64,000 bases of DNA from Acidobacteriota bacterium (GTDB taxonomy: Bacteria; Acidobacteriota; UBA890; WLXD01). The position numbers were made by a program, and so were the translations under genes. Shown piece after piece: positions 1 to 10,613 of the stretch (within the stretch, counting starts at the first letter, position 1; every line of letters starts with the position of its first letter). The notes under the pieces were generated by a model. The model was not told where the DNA came from and searched no databases. It saw only the letters and a list, made by a program, of their open reading frames with translations. Where the stretch lies: the NCBI GenBank assembly GCA_965205505.1, contig CBDBHB010000009.1, forward strand, positions 1,504,001 to 1,568,000, given 5' to 3'.

Positions 1-612
1 CACGTCGATATCACTCGCGCGAACGTTGATCGGGATGGCGCCGGCCGACTGGGTCGCGTCGACCACCAACAGCGCGTCGTGGGCGTGGGCACCGTCTGCC
101 AGTTGCTTCAGGTCAAATCGCTGGCCGCTACCGAACTCGACGTGTGAGATGCAGACGACGGCGGTGCGCTCGTCGATCTGATCCAGCAGCTGATCGGGAT
201 CTACTCGCATGTTGCGGCTCGGTGCCAGCCGGATCTCACATCCGGTGCGGCGAGCCACGCGCACCCACGGATAGAGCGTGCTCGGGAACCCCACGTCGGT
301 GCCCACGATGTTGGTGTTGGCGGCCGGTGCCATCGCCCAGGCGAGGGAGCCCAGGAGCTCGCTGAAGCTGGCCGCCACGGCGATGTCGTCGGTGGTGGCG
401 CCAAACAACTGCGCGGCGGACTTGTGCAAGCCGTCGAAGACCGTTTCCTCGGGATTCTCGCCGAAGTTGACCGTGCCGTTGCGGGCTACATCCCGCTGCC
501 ACTCGATGATCGCCTCTTCGGCTGCGCGCGGCATCAACGCCACCGAGGCAGCGTTCAGGTAGGTGCGACCATCGACGCGGCGAAACTGGTCAGTGCCTGA
601 CAGATCGTTCAT
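1..612 (-). CDS. Class V PLP aminotransferase / cysteine desulfurase-like protein, runs off the window start
   Basis: Manual translation from ATG 612: MNDLSGTDQFRRVDGRTYLNAASVALMP...FPSTLYPW...VCISHVEFGSGQRFDL...LLVVDATQSAG. The YLNxA and VDATQS motifs are typical of class V. Absent from the ORF track because it has no stop in the window. Confidence 0.85.
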   Translation of the reverse strand, partial: MNDLSGTDQFRRVDGRTYLNAASVALMPRAAEEAIIEWQRDVARNGTVNFGENPEETVFDGLHKSAAQLFGATTDDIAVAASFSELLGSLAWAMAPAANTNIVGTDVGFPSTLYPWVRVARRTGCEIRLAPSRNMRVDPDQLLDQIDERTAVVCISHVEFGSGQRFDLKQLADGAHAHDALLVVDATQSAGAIPINVRASDIDV

Positions 613-791
613 CAGCTCGGAGGAGGTTCGTGGTGAGGAATAAGGCTGAGGCGGTGGGAAGGACGATGCGGCGTTGTCTCATGGCGCTGCGTTCATCAGC
701 TGACCCGATGCAACGCGCTTGCTTGAAGGCTAGTCTGTCGCTTGTCGAGTGGCCAACGTGCCGAGCGTATCCAAATGCCTCAGGAGTTGTG

Positions 792-3700
792 ATGACATCG
801 ACGTCTTCGTCCAGCCGATGCTACTACCCCGCAGTTGTCATGCCTGCCGCCTTGCTCGCGGCGACGCTCATCGTCGTGGCACCGGCCACCGCCGCGGCGC
901 AGATGGATGCGCCTGCGGCCTTGCAGCCGCTGCATTTCCGCCACATCGGTCCTGTCGGCAACCGTATCGCCGCGGTTGCGGGTGTCGAGGGCGACGCGCA
1001 CGTCTACTACGTCGGCGCAGCATCGGGCGGCATATGGAAGACCGAGGACGGCGGTCTCAACTGGCGACCGGTGTTCGACGACTACCCGGTGCACGCGATC
1101 GGATCGTTGGCGGTCGCCGCGAGCGACCCGCAGATCGTCTGGGCAGGCACCGGCGAGCCGCACATTCGATCCAACGTGTCGATCGGTAACGGCGTGTGGA
1201 AGTCGACCGACGGCGGCGACAGCTGGGAGCACATGGGGCTCGAGGCCACGGGTCGGATCTCCGACGTGATCATCCACCCGCGTGATCCGGACGTGGTGTA
1301 CGTGGCGGCGCTGGGGCACGGGCACAGCCCGCAGCCGGAGCGCGGCATTTTCCGTACTACCGACGGCGGCACCACCTGGGAGCAGGTGTTGTTCGTCGAC
1401 GAGAACACCGGTGCGTCGGATCTGGAGATGGATCCCAACAATGCGCGTATCCTGTTCGCCGGCATGTGGCAGGTATCGATCAATACCTGGGGCCGCGAGA
1501 GCGGTGGCCCCGGCAGCGGCATCTTCGTGACCCGCGATGGTGGTGATACCTGGGAGAAGCTCGAAGGCCACGGGCTGCCGACCCGGCCGGTGGGCAAGGT
1601 CGACGTCTGTATGACCGCCGCTGACAGCCGCCGTGTCTACGCCCTGATCGAAACCGGCGATGGGGTTCCGTGGCACGGCGAGGAGACCGACAGCGGCGAG
1701 CTCTGGCGCTCCGAGAACGGTGGGCGTGACTGGGAGCTGATCAACCACAGTCGTGACCTGGCAGGACGCAGCGCCTACTACACCGTTTGCCACGTCTCGC
1801 CGCAGGATGCCGACGAGGCGTACTTCCTGGCGGCGCCGTTTCTCTACTCGCTCGACGGCGGGCGCACGTACTCGCAGGCCGGATCTGCTGATGCCCTGAT
1901 GGCGCGTCCAGGCGGCGACAACCACGACATGTGGATCGATCCCGGCAACGCCGATCGCATGATCGTCGGCAACGATCCGGGCGTGGCGATCTCCACCAAC
2001 CGCGGTCGTAGCTGGATGCGTATCCAGCTGCCGATCGCCCAGATGTATCACGTTACAGTCGACAACAACGTGCCCTACTACGTGTACGGCAACCGCCAGG
2101 ACGGGCCGTCGTACCGCGGCCCGAGCAACAGTCGCACCGGCGGGTTCGGAGGCGGCTCCATCCCGCGGGGCATGTGGCATAGCGTCGGTGGCGGCGAGAG
2201 CGGGTTTGCCACCCCCGATCCGGAGGACCCCGATCTCATCTGGTCGAGCGCCTCCGGGGCCGGGGCTCGGGGCGGCATCGTGGTGCGCTACCGCGATAGC
2301 ACTCGCCAGTTCCGGCAGGTGGAAGTGTGGCCCGAGAGCACTGGAGGGTGGCCGGCCGAGGGCGTGAAGTATCGCTTCCAATGGACGTTCCCGCTGCTGA
2401 TATCGCCGCACGACAACGACACCGTGTACGTGACCAGCCAGCACGTTCACCGCACCACCAACGCTGGCCAGAGCTGGGATGTGATCAGCCCGGACCTCAG
2501 CACCAACGACGAGTCCAAGCAGGGGATCTCCGGTGGGCTCACGCCCGACAACATCGGGGTGGAGTACTGCTGTGTGATCTACGCGTTCGACGAGTCGTCG
2601 GCGCGGCAGGGCGTGCTCTGGGCCGGCACCAACGACGGGCTGGTGCAGGTCAGCCGCGACGGGGGCGCATCGTGGGACAACGTCACCGCCAACATCCCCG
2701 GCCTACCGCCCGACGGCGTGGTACGGGCAATCGAGGCGTCGAAGTGGGACGCCGGCAAGGCCTACGTGGCGATCGAGCACCACCAGGTGGGCGATTTCGC
2801 TCCCTACGTGTATCGAACCGCCGACTTCGGCGCCAGCTGGGACAAGATCACCGACGGGCTCGCGCCGGGTGTTCTGAGTTACGCGCGCCACATCGAAGAG
2901 GACCCGGTACGTCCAGGCCTGCTGTACCTCGGCACCGAGAACGCCCTGTACGTCAGCTTCGACGACGGCGACAGCTGGCAGTCGATGATGACCGATCTGC
3001 CGGCCTCGCCGGTGTACGGCATCGTCGTCCAGGAGCACTTCAACGACCTGGTGATCGGCACATACGGGCGCGGCTTCTGGATCATGGACGACCTGTCGGC
3101 GTTGCAGCAGCTCACCCCGGCGATGGCCGCTGCCGTACAGGCTGGAGCTGCGGGCGGGCCCGCGGCGCACCTGTTCGAGCCCCGGCGGGCGTACCGGTTC
3201 CACAACATCACCTCGCCGGCCAGCAGCGCTGGCGATCCCAGTGCTGGCGAGAATCCGCCGCGCGGGGCGTCGATCAACTACTGGCTCGGTGAGGAGCCGG
3301 AAGGACCGGTGACGGTTCGCATCAGCAATGCCGCAGGAGAGACCGTGAGCGAGCTGAGCGGCACCAAGACGGCGGGCATCAACCGTATTTGGTGGGATCT
3401 TCGTGGCGAGTCGGCCACACCGTTGCGCCTGCGCACCAGACCCGTCACCGCCGAGTGGTTTGATCTGGGCGCGGATCGCGTGCGTGAGGTGAACAGCCGC
3501 CCTGGCCTGCTGCAGCCGCCCGGAACCTACACCGTAACGCTCGAAGCCGCGGGGCAGATGTCCGAGCACACGCTCGAGGTGCTGAAGGATCCGAATTCCG
3601 AGGGTACCAACGCCGACGTCGCGTTGCAGACCGAGATGCTGATGCAGCTGCGCGGTGATCTCGAGACTACCGTGGCGATGATCAACCGCATCGAATGGAT

Positions 3701-4079
3701 CCGGCGCCAGCTCTACGATCTGCAGGCGGTGATGGCCGACACACCGGACTCCGAGCGTCTGATCGAGGCGGCCGGCGAGCTCGACGGTACGCTGCTGACG
3801 GTAGAGGAGGATCTGTACCAGACGCGGCTCAGCTACACCGGGCAGGATCGGGTGCGCTGGCCAACGCGCCTGTTCGGTCACCTGCAGTATCTGGAGGGTG
3901 CGGTTGCTACCGTCGATTTCCCGCCGACCGACCAAGCCCGTGAGGTGCAACAGGTGCTCGAGGAGCGTATGAATGACCTGTCCGAAGAGCTCGCCGGAGT
4001 CGTCGACGAGGACGTCGAGGCGTTCAACCGTCTATTGCGTGAGCTCGGCCTCGGCCCGCTGGTCACCGGGGTTGAGTAG
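792..4079 (+). CDS. Secreted BNR/Asp-box repeat (VPS10/sialidase-like) beta-propeller protein, putative glycosyl hydrolase
   Basis: Many S/T-x-D-G-G-x-S/T-W Asp-box repeats, signal-peptide-like N-terminus, C-terminal helical region. Start chosen at the ATG after AGGAG (782-786). Confidence 0.8.
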   Translation: MTSTSSSSRCYYPAVVMPAALLAATLIVVAPATAAAQMDAPAALQPLHFRHIGPVGNRIAAVAGVEGDAHVYYVGAASGGIWKTEDGGLNWRPVFDDYPVHAIGSLAVAASDPQIVWAGTGEPHIRSNVSIGNGVWKSTDGGDSWEHMGLEATGRISDVIIHPRDPDVVYVAALGHGHSPQPERGIFRTTDGGTTWEQVLFVDENTGASDLEMDPNNARILFAGMWQVSINTWGRESGGPGSGIFVTRDGGDTWEKLEGHGLPTRPVGKVDVCMTAADSRRVYALIETGDGVPWHGEETDSGELWRSENGGRDWELINHSRDLAGRSAYYTVCHVSPQDADEAYFLAAPFLYSLDGGRTYSQAGSADALMARPGGDNHDMWIDPGNADRMIVGNDPGVAISTNRGRSWMRIQLPIAQMYHVTVDNNVPYYVYGNRQDGPSYRGPSNSRTGGFGGGSIPRGMWHSVGGGESGFATPDPEDPDLIWSSASGAGARGGIVVRYRDSTRQFRQVEVWPESTGGWPAEGVKYRFQWTFPLLISPHDNDTVYVTSQHVHRTTNAGQSWDVISPDLSTNDESKQGISGGLTPDNIGVEYCCVIYAFDESSARQGVLWAGTNDGLVQVSRDGGASWDNVTANIPGLPPDGVVRAIEASKWDAGKAYVAIEHHQVGDFAPYVYRTADFGASWDKITDGLAPGVLSYARHIEEDPVRPGLLYLGTENALYVSFDDGDSWQSMMTDLPASPVYGIVVQEHFNDLVIGTYGRGFWIMDDLSALQQLTPAMAAAVQAGAAGGPAAHLFEPRRAYRFHNITSPASSAGDPSAGENPPRGASINYWLGEEPEGPVTVRISNAAGETVSELSGTKTAGINRIWWDLRGESATPLRLRTRPVTAEWFDLGADRVREVNSRPGLLQPPGTYTVTLEAAGQMSEHTLEVLKDPNSEGTNADVALQTEMLMQLRGDLETTVAMINRIEWIRRQLYDLQAVMADTPDSERLIEAAGELDGTLLTVEEDLYQTRLSYTGQDRVRWPTRLFGHLQYLEGAVATVDFPPTDQAREVQQVLEERMNDLSEELAGVVDEDVEAFNRLLRELGLGPLVTGVE

Positions 4080-5541
4080 ACTCATCACGGCGGCGCTTGC
4101 GCTGGGGCTGGTGCTGTCGATTACGCCGACGGCGAGCGGCGGCCAGCGAGCTTCGTCACTTTCCTCGGGCGAGCGCGAGCGGTCGACGGCGTGGTCGCGG
4201 TTCGGTGGCCCCAACGGCTCCGGCGTTGCCGAGACCTCGGCCCTGCCCATGCGCTTCGACGGCGACAGCCAACTCGTGTGGAAGACGACCTTGCCGCCGG
4301 GACACTCGTCGCCGGTGCTGTCAACGGATCGCATCTTCGTGACCGCGTTCGAGCGCGAGCAGCTTTCGACGCTCGCTGTGGATCGCGCCACCGGCGAAAT
4401 ACTGTGGCGACGCCAGGCACCGAGAGCGCGAACCGAGAAGCTCGACGCGCGCAACAACCCGGCGGCCCCCAGCCCGGCGACTGACGGCGAGCGCGTGGTG
4501 GTGTTTTTCGCGGAGTACGGCTTGCTGGCCTACGACGTCGACGGTAACGAGCTCTGGACGCTGCCGCTCGGCCCCTTCGACAACCTCTACGGCATGGGCG
4601 CGTCGCCGATCATCCACCAAGGCAAGGTCTTGCTGGTCTGCGATCAGCGAACCGACTCGTACCTGCTGGCGGTTGACGCGGCGACCGGTAGAGAGCTTTG
4701 GCGCGTCGATCGACCCGAGGCCGCCAGCTCCCATGCCACACCGATTATCTGGACGTCGCCCGAGGGTGAGGCGCAGCTCGTGGTTGTCGGGTCGTTCCTG
4801 CTCAGTGGCTACTCGGTGCAGACCGGAGAGCGACGCTGGTGGGTGCGCGGCATGATCCACGAGATGAAGTCGGTGCCGGTCGTCGGCGACGGCGTAGTCT
4901 ACGTCAACGGCTACGGCTCACCGCTCAACGACCCCGGCAACACCATGGACGTGGGGTCGTTCGAAGAGGCGCTGGCACTCAGCGACGCCAACGCCGACGG
5001 TTTGTTGACCGCGGAGGAGCTGCCAGAAGGGAGGGCGAAGCGGCGCTTCAGGGTTAGTGACCTCGATGGCGGCGGCACGCTGGATCAACGCGACTGGGAC
5101 TACTTCCGCAACTCGATGGCAATGACCAACGGCATGTTCGCCATTCGCCTCGGTGGCAGCGGCGACATGACCGCTGAGAGCTTTCTGTGGATCTATAGCC
5201 GGGCGGTGCCGCAGCTACCATCGCCGCTGCTGTACGAGGGGCTGCTCTACATGATCAACGACGGCGGCATCGTGACGATCCTCGACCCTGCCAGCGGCGA
5301 GCGCCTCGATCAGGGACGCATTCCGGGCGCGGTCGACAAGTTCTACGCCTCGCCGGTGGCCGGAGACGGCAAGATCTACATGCTCAGCGAGCTCGGCAAG
5401 GTGGCGGTGCTGAAGCCGGGCCCCGAGCTCGATGTGCTGGCGGTCAACGACCTCGACGACCTGGCCTATGGCACGCCAGCGATCTCGGACGGACACATCT
5501 ACGTGCGCACTCGTGAGACCCTCTACGCCTTCGGAAGCTAG
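4072..5541 (+). CDS. PQQ-binding-like (BamB family) beta-propeller protein with two EF-hand-like loops
   Basis: WSRFGGPNGSG, GHSSPV, SPATDGERV and SPVAGDGKIY propeller motifs; DANADGLLTAEE and DLDGGGTLDQRD loops; TTG start overlaps the upstream gene end. Confidence 0.8.
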   Translation: MSRLITAALALGLVLSITPTASGGQRASSLSSGERERSTAWSRFGGPNGSGVAETSALPMRFDGDSQLVWKTTLPPGHSSPVLSTDRIFVTAFEREQLSTLAVDRATGEILWRRQAPRARTEKLDARNNPAAPSPATDGERVVVFFAEYGLLAYDVDGNELWTLPLGPFDNLYGMGASPIIHQGKVLLVCDQRTDSYLLAVDAATGRELWRVDRPEAASSHATPIIWTSPEGEAQLVVVGSFLLSGYSVQTGERRWWVRGMIHEMKSVPVVGDGVVYVNGYGSPLNDPGNTMDVGSFEEALALSDANADGLLTAEELPEGRAKRRFRVSDLDGGGTLDQRDWDYFRNSMAMTNGMFAIRLGGSGDMTAESFLWIYSRAVPQLPSPLLYEGLLYMINDGGIVTILDPASGERLDQGRIPGAVDKFYASPVAGDGKIYMLSELGKVAVLKPGPELDVLAVNDLDDLAYGTPAISDGHIYVRTRETLYAFGS

Positions 5542-5613
5542 CTGGCTCAGTGCCCAGATGATCGCGGCGGTGCTGTTGATCCTGTTCTTGCTGCGCGGAG
5601 GCCCGTAGATCTG

Positions 5614-6723
5614 ATGAAGGTCGAGACATTCGAGCTCGAGAGAGTGCAGTCGTTGTGGGAGAACCTCGTCGACATCAACCTGACGGAGAGCGGGGTACAC
5701 CCGTACACTCTTGAAGAGTTGCTCACACCGGAGGAGATCGACGAGGTCACGCGGGTTCGCCTGGGTTACGGGCAGACCAACGGTTCGATCCCGCTACGGG
5801 AGCACATCAGCGGACTCTACGGCGACGCCGATGCCGACAACATTTTGGTGACCACGGGCTCGGCGGAGGCGAACTTTGTGGCCGCCTGGAACCTGCTCGA
5901 GACCGGCGACGAGCTCGCGCTGATGGTGCCCAATTACCTGCAGATTCGCGGCATTGGGCGCGCGTTCGGCGTCGACGTGCAGCCGTTCCACTTGCGCGAG
6001 GAGCTCGCCTGGGGACCCGATCTCGACGAGCTGCGAGCGGCGATCTCGCCGCGCACCAAGATGATCGCGCTGTGCAACCCGAACAACCCCACCGGCGCGG
6101 TGCTCAGCGCCGACGACATGAAGGTGATCGTCGACCTCGCCGCCGACGTCAACGCCTGGGTTTATGTCGACGAGGTCTATCGCGGCGTCGAGCTCGTGGA
6201 CCGCGATACGCCGACGTTCTGGGGAACCTACGACAAGGTCGTGGTCAACGGCGGGCTTTCGAAGGCCTACGCGCTTCCCGGCCTGCGAATCGGCTGGCTG
6301 GTGGGACCGCATCAGATGATCGCCGATTCCTGGGCGCGGCATGACTATACGACCATCGCTTGCGCCGTGATGAGCGATCAGATCGCCCAGATGGCGCTGA
6401 CCTCGCCGCGTCGTGAGCAGATCTTCGAGCGCAACAGGAGCTTGCTTCGCCACAACCTGGTGATCGTCCAGGACTGGGTCGCCGCGCATGGCAACGCGCT
6501 CCACTTCGTCCCGCCGCAGTCGGGTGGCATGGCGTTCATCCGCTACGACTTCGACATCAACTCCACCGAGCTGGCGACCCGCCTCCGCGACGAGGAAGGG
6601 CTGCTGGTGGTTGCCGGCGACTGTTTCGGTATAGATCGGCACCTGAGAATCGGCATCGGAGGTGAGTCCGAGCAGCTGATTACCGGGCTCGGTCGCATCG
6701 ACGACATGATCGGACGTCTCTAG
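5614..6723 (+). CDS. Class I/II PLP-dependent aminotransferase
   Basis: CNPNNPTG, VDEVY and GLSKAYALPGLRIGW motifs. Confidence 0.9.
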   Translation: MKVETFELERVQSLWENLVDINLTESGVHPYTLEELLTPEEIDEVTRVRLGYGQTNGSIPLREHISGLYGDADADNILVTTGSAEANFVAAWNLLETGDELALMVPNYLQIRGIGRAFGVDVQPFHLREELAWGPDLDELRAAISPRTKMIALCNPNNPTGAVLSADDMKVIVDLAADVNAWVYVDEVYRGVELVDRDTPTFWGTYDKVVVNGGLSKAYALPGLRIGWLVGPHQMIADSWARHDYTTIACAVMSDQIAQMALTSPRREQIFERNRSLLRHNLVIVQDWVAAHGNALHFVPPQSGGMAFIRYDFDINSTELATRLRDEEGLLVVAGDCFGIDRHLRIGIGGESEQLITGLGRIDDMIGRL

Positions 6724-6757
6724 TCTCGGCGCGTTGGCCGACCGGCTGAGCTGACCT

Positions 6758-7273
6758 CTACCTGTCCGGGCGTACCTTCACCTGACGACGCGCCTCCGCC
6801 CTGCTGCGAGCTTCGAGCAGCAGCGGGTCGGAGGTGCTGTCGTAGATGTTACCGACGTAATGCAGGCCCTTTCGCTTACCCTTGCTCTTACGACGGGCGC
6901 CGCGGAAATTGTCCTCGGGCACGGACTCCTGAATCATCAGCGAGCCCTTGGCGGACGTCGCTCCGTCGAGGGAGAAGATGGTCATCAGATAGGAGTCGGC
7001 GCCGAGGCCGTGCTCACACAGCTCGAAGGCGGTGTCGAATGACTGGCCAGAGCAGGTGGTGAAGATCTGGCCGTCGGTAATACCCTCGATCAGGATGTCG
7101 AAATCGGCGTTCTTGGTCCAGGCGACTTGCCAGCGCATGAAGCCGAATCCGATGGGCTGATAGGAATAGACGTCGCCGTCGCGAATCTCCCTACGGACCC
7201 CACTTTGGGCTCCGGCCGAGGCCGCGCTGACAACAACAACCAGCACCGAGATCGCCAGCAGTAGCTTTCGCAT
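6758..7273 (-). CDS. Hypothetical secreted protein
   Basis: Signal peptide MRKLLLAISVLVVVVSAASAGA from ATG 7273. The longer ORF-track start reads through a repeat element. Confidence 0.6.
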   Translation of the reverse strand: MRKLLLAISVLVVVVSAASAGAQSGVRREIRDGDVYSYQPIGFGFMRWQVAWTKNADFDILIEGITDGQIFTTCSGQSFDTAFELCEHGLGADSYLMTIFSLDGATSAKGSLMIQESVPEDNFRGARRKSKGKRKGLHYVGNIYDSTSDPLLLEARSRAEARRQVKVRPDR

Positions 7274-7284
7274 TTGAGAGCCCT

Positions 7285-7465
7285 CTAGCAGGCCGTGGTG
7301 AAAGTGTGGTGGGTCTGGTAACCCTTCGGGCGACAGGGGGTTGCGCGCGTATGCTGCGTCGTTCCTCGTCAACGATGGGGTAACCATCGCCTCCTCCTCT
7401 CTCCTTGCCTGCACTTCGCAAGACCCTGTCGCCAGACCCACCACACTTTCACCACGGCCTGCTAG
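7285..7465. mobile_element. MITE-like element, family A, short (181 bp) form
   Basis: Perfect ~34 bp terminal inverted repeats CTAGCAGGCCGTGGTGAAAGTGTGGTGGGTCTGG / CCAGACCCACCACACTTTCACCACGGCCTGCTAG, CTAG at both ends, near-identical inverted copy at 10614-10892. Confidence 0.85.
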
Positions 7466-7610
7466 CCCGCTGGAGGCGCGAAAGCGCGTGTCGACGCTGG
7501 GCACGACTCCGGGGAGCGACTGGGTCGGCGGGTCGACAGGGGACTCCTCTCATCGTAGCGCGCCGAGGGTGGTGGTTGCACGGACGCCGCCGGTCTGCGA
7601 GCTTCCGACC

Positions 7611-8792
7611 ATGACTACACCCTGGTGGGCACGTGACGGACTCGACGTTCGCGATGGTCGCATGTCGATCGCGGGTCAAGATGTGGAGGCGTTGGCACGT
7701 GCCCACGGCACGCCACTGTACGTGTACGACAGCTCCCGCATGGAGGCCAACCTGCGCCGGCTGCAGCGTGCGCTCGACGCCGCCGGCGTGCGTCATCATC
7801 TGCTCTACGCGCTCAAGTGCAATCGCCATCCGGACATCGTTGCCGGAATGCACGGCACCGGCGTGGGCGTCGATGTCTGCTCGCCGAACGAGATGGACAT
7901 GGCGTTGGCGGCCGGCTGGACGGCGGGAGAGATCTCGTACACCGGGACGAACCTCAGCTCGAGCGACCTGGAACGGATTCTTGCCCATCCGTTGGTCTTG
8001 AACCTCGACTCGCTGAGCGCCATCCGACACGTCGGCGCGCGGGCCGCTGGCAGGACGATTGGCCTGCGGCTCAACCCGGGAGTGGGAGCCTACTCGACGC
8101 GCACGACCACGGCGGGCAGCTGGCCGTCCAAGTTCGGTATCTACCCGGAGCAGCTGGACGAGGCGCTGGCGATCGCGGCCTCCCACCGGCTGCAGGTGGG
8201 AGGGCTGCATTTTCACATCGGCTCGGGCTGGCTCCAGGACATGCTCGGCGATTTCCGCCGCGCGGTTCAGGTGGTCAGTGACGTCGCTGCTCGGCTCACG
8301 GACCTCGAGTACATCAACGTCGGCGGCGGTATTGGCGTCCCGCTGCTGGCATCCTCGGTTCGCGTCGATCTCGATGCGTACGCAGCCCTGATCGCGGCGA
8401 GCTTTGGGCCACTCGGCGTGACCGTAATGTGCGAGCCCGGCGACTTCCTGGCGCGCGATGCCGGCGTGTTCTTGGTAGAAGTGGTGGGGGTGGACGAGCG
8501 CCGCGGCACGAAGTTCGTCGGTGTCGACGGGGGATACAACGCCTGTGGCATTCCGCATCTGTATCGCGAGCCCCAGGAGATCGTGCTTTGTCGAGCCGCC
8601 GACGCTGCCGCAAGCGAGACCTACACGGTCGCGGGCCACATCAACGAGGCCCGTGACGTGTTCGCCGACGACTCGCCGCTGCCGGAAGTTCAGGAGGGCG
8701 ACATCCTGGCGCTGCTGAACGTCGGCGGCTACGGGGCCGAGCTCGCTACCATCCATTGTGGCCGCCCGCACGCGGAACGGCTCGTACTCTAA
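7611..8792 (+). CDS. Diaminopimelate decarboxylase-like group IV PLP decarboxylase with an atypical active site
   Basis: HGTPLYVYD, YALKCN (PLP lysine), SKFG, HFHIGS, NVGGG and EPG motifs. The usual GPLCE motif reads GHINE. Confidence 0.8.
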   Translation: MTTPWWARDGLDVRDGRMSIAGQDVEALARAHGTPLYVYDSSRMEANLRRLQRALDAAGVRHHLLYALKCNRHPDIVAGMHGTGVGVDVCSPNEMDMALAAGWTAGEISYTGTNLSSSDLERILAHPLVLNLDSLSAIRHVGARAAGRTIGLRLNPGVGAYSTRTTTAGSWPSKFGIYPEQLDEALAIAASHRLQVGGLHFHIGSGWLQDMLGDFRRAVQVVSDVAARLTDLEYINVGGGIGVPLLASSVRVDLDAYAALIAASFGPLGVTVMCEPGDFLARDAGVFLVEVVGVDERRGTKFVGVDGGYNACGIPHLYREPQEIVLCRAADAAASETYTVAGHINEARDVFADDSPLPEVQEGDILALLNVGGYGAELATIHCGRPHAERLVL

Positions 8793-8900
8793 CCAAGGCC
8801 GGCTAGTCATTGTGCTCGCGCGCCAGTGCAACACCCCTTCGGATTCCTGACTCAGTACACTATCGACGCTCACGTTCGAGATCCGATAGCGAGATAGACC

Positions 8901-9449
8901 GTGCGAACGAATCATCGACGTAGGACAGCAGCACTGGTGCTCCTTCTGCCGCTCGCAGCAGGGGCTAGCTCCGCCGTGCACGAGCGCAAGGAAGTCGCCG
9001 GGATGATGGTGGTTTTCGGTGCCGAGCCTGAGCCAGCGATCACCGGGGAGAGGCAGGAGCTCGTCCCCGGTCCAGCTGCGCCCCTCGCGGGCAACGCGGC
9101 AACCGAAGTGATCGAAGCCTTCCACGCCGCGGTAGCCGTCGGCGACGGCGATCAGGCCCTGGCGTACCTGGCACCCGAGGTGGTCATTTTCGAGTCTGGC
9201 AACGCCGAGATGTCACGCGATGAATACGCATCTCACCATCTCGGCGGCGACATGCGCTTCGCCGGCGCGACCCAACGCGAGACCATCGACCAGCGCTACG
9301 AGATCGTCGGCGACATGGCGTTCGTGCTCACGCAGTCACGCACGACCGGAAGCTTCAGCGGTCGTCAGATCGACTCGACCGGTGTGGAGACCATGGTGCT
9401 GCGTCGTGTAGGAGGTCGTTGGCTCATCGTCCACATCCACTGGTCCTAG
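8901..9449 (+). CDS. Secreted NTF2/SnoaL-like (DUF4440-type) protein, possibly with a chimeric N-terminus
   Basis: Signal peptide; C-terminal VIEAFHAA...FESG...EYASHHL...ETMVLRR...WLIVHIHWS is typical of NTF2-like folds. Confidence 0.7.
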   Translation: MRTNHRRRTAALVLLLPLAAGASSAVHERKEVAGMMVVFGAEPEPAITGERQELVPGPAAPLAGNAATEVIEAFHAAVAVGDGDQALAYLAPEVVIFESGNAEMSRDEYASHHLGGDMRFAGATQRETIDQRYEIVGDMAFVLTQSRTTGSFSGRQIDSTGVETMVLRRVGGRWLIVHIHWS

Positions 9450-9501
9450 CGGAGCAACCAGCGGTAGAGCAGATCCCAAGTTCTGGGCACCGTAAGGTTG
9501 G

Positions 9502-10303
9502 CTACTGGACCGAGGTAGACCCTACCTGAAACCACTCCGAGGGTATGCGCAGCTTTCGTGCCTCGGCGCGAAGCGAGCGCTGGAGAGATTGCCAAGCCCG
9601 GAGCTCGCGGGAGGAGCCAGATCCCCTCTCGAGCTTGTCGATGCGGTCGCGCAGCCACAACGCCTGTTCCTCCCAGTAAACCCGGGTGGCAGGGTCCGGA
9701 CGGGACCAGTCGACCATTCCTGGTTGTGTTCTGGGCAGTTTGGGCAGTGTTCTTGGCCGCGCGCGGATCGCAGCCCGATTGCGGCGCCCGATCGTTGGTT
9801 GCACCGCATAGGAGCGTGCCCGCGTCGTCGTCGCCACCGTTGAACGCCGCGGCTCCGTTGGCGCCAGGGAGGACTCCGCCACAGGTGGCTCCGTGGTCGC
9901 CGTTGCTCGACGCGCCGTCCTCGGGGCTGCCGGCGCAGACTCACCGCGGGAGAGAGTCGGGGCGGCGGCGGACACGCTCGGTTCGACTGCCGAAGGTGCC
10001 GACAGTGGAGCGATCGGCTCCGGCTCGACCACCGAGGGCGCGGGCAGCGGCACGCTCAGCTCCGGTTCGACGCCCGCAGGGGCCACCGGCGTTGCGCTGG
10101 TGTCGGCGTCAAGACGGACGCGCTCGACGAAATCGGCTGACAACCGAACCACCACGCCGTGCACGACGAACAGCACGGCACCGTTCTCGACCCGTGCTCC
10201 CTCGACCTCCAGGGTGCGTCCGTTCTTCAGCCAAATCGTGTCGGCACTCGCCGGCGTTGGCAGCGATACCGAGGGCGATGAGCGCCGGCAGGAATGCACG
10301 CAT
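9502..10303 (-). CDS. Hypothetical secreted Pro/Ala/Thr-rich protein with a +1 frameshift near 10258
   Basis: Signal peptide MRAFLPALIALGIAA in one frame joins TPASADTIWLKNGRTLEV in another when one C is removed. Confidence 0.6.
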
Positions 10304-10389
10304 GACGCTACCTTGCATCGACGTCCGCGGTGCGTCCAGAGGGTCGGCTGACTTGACCCCCGAGTTGGCAAACGGGACGAGGAAGCGTC

Positions 10390-10518
10390 ATGGGTTCGAT
10401 CGCCAGCTACCGCGGGACAGATCGGGTGACCGTCGCCGGCTTGGAGGACATCTCGACGCTGTCCAACCTGGTGGCCGGGCTGCGCGGCCGAGGAGGGTGC
10501 CCGGTGTCAGCGACGTGA
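10390..10518 (+). pseudogene. Remnant resembling the C-terminus of an M19 membrane dipeptidase
   Basis: Translation contains AGLEDISTLSNLVAGLRGRG, similar to the GLEDVSKLPNLVAELLRRG motif. Only 42 aa. Confidence 0.45.
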
Positions 10519-10613
10519 TCAGTGCACAGGTACCCGCTCCGTGAGCTCCTTGGAACCAACTCAGAACGAGGTGGATGCGATCGAGCTCACCTGGTCACCT
10601 GGCCCCCGTGGGG

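Noticed and set aside
7274-7504. N-terminal extensions of the 6758 and 7611 genes, and ORFs 10575-10892 and 28492-28788
   Set aside because: These are translations of the MITE sequences; better starts exist outside the elements.
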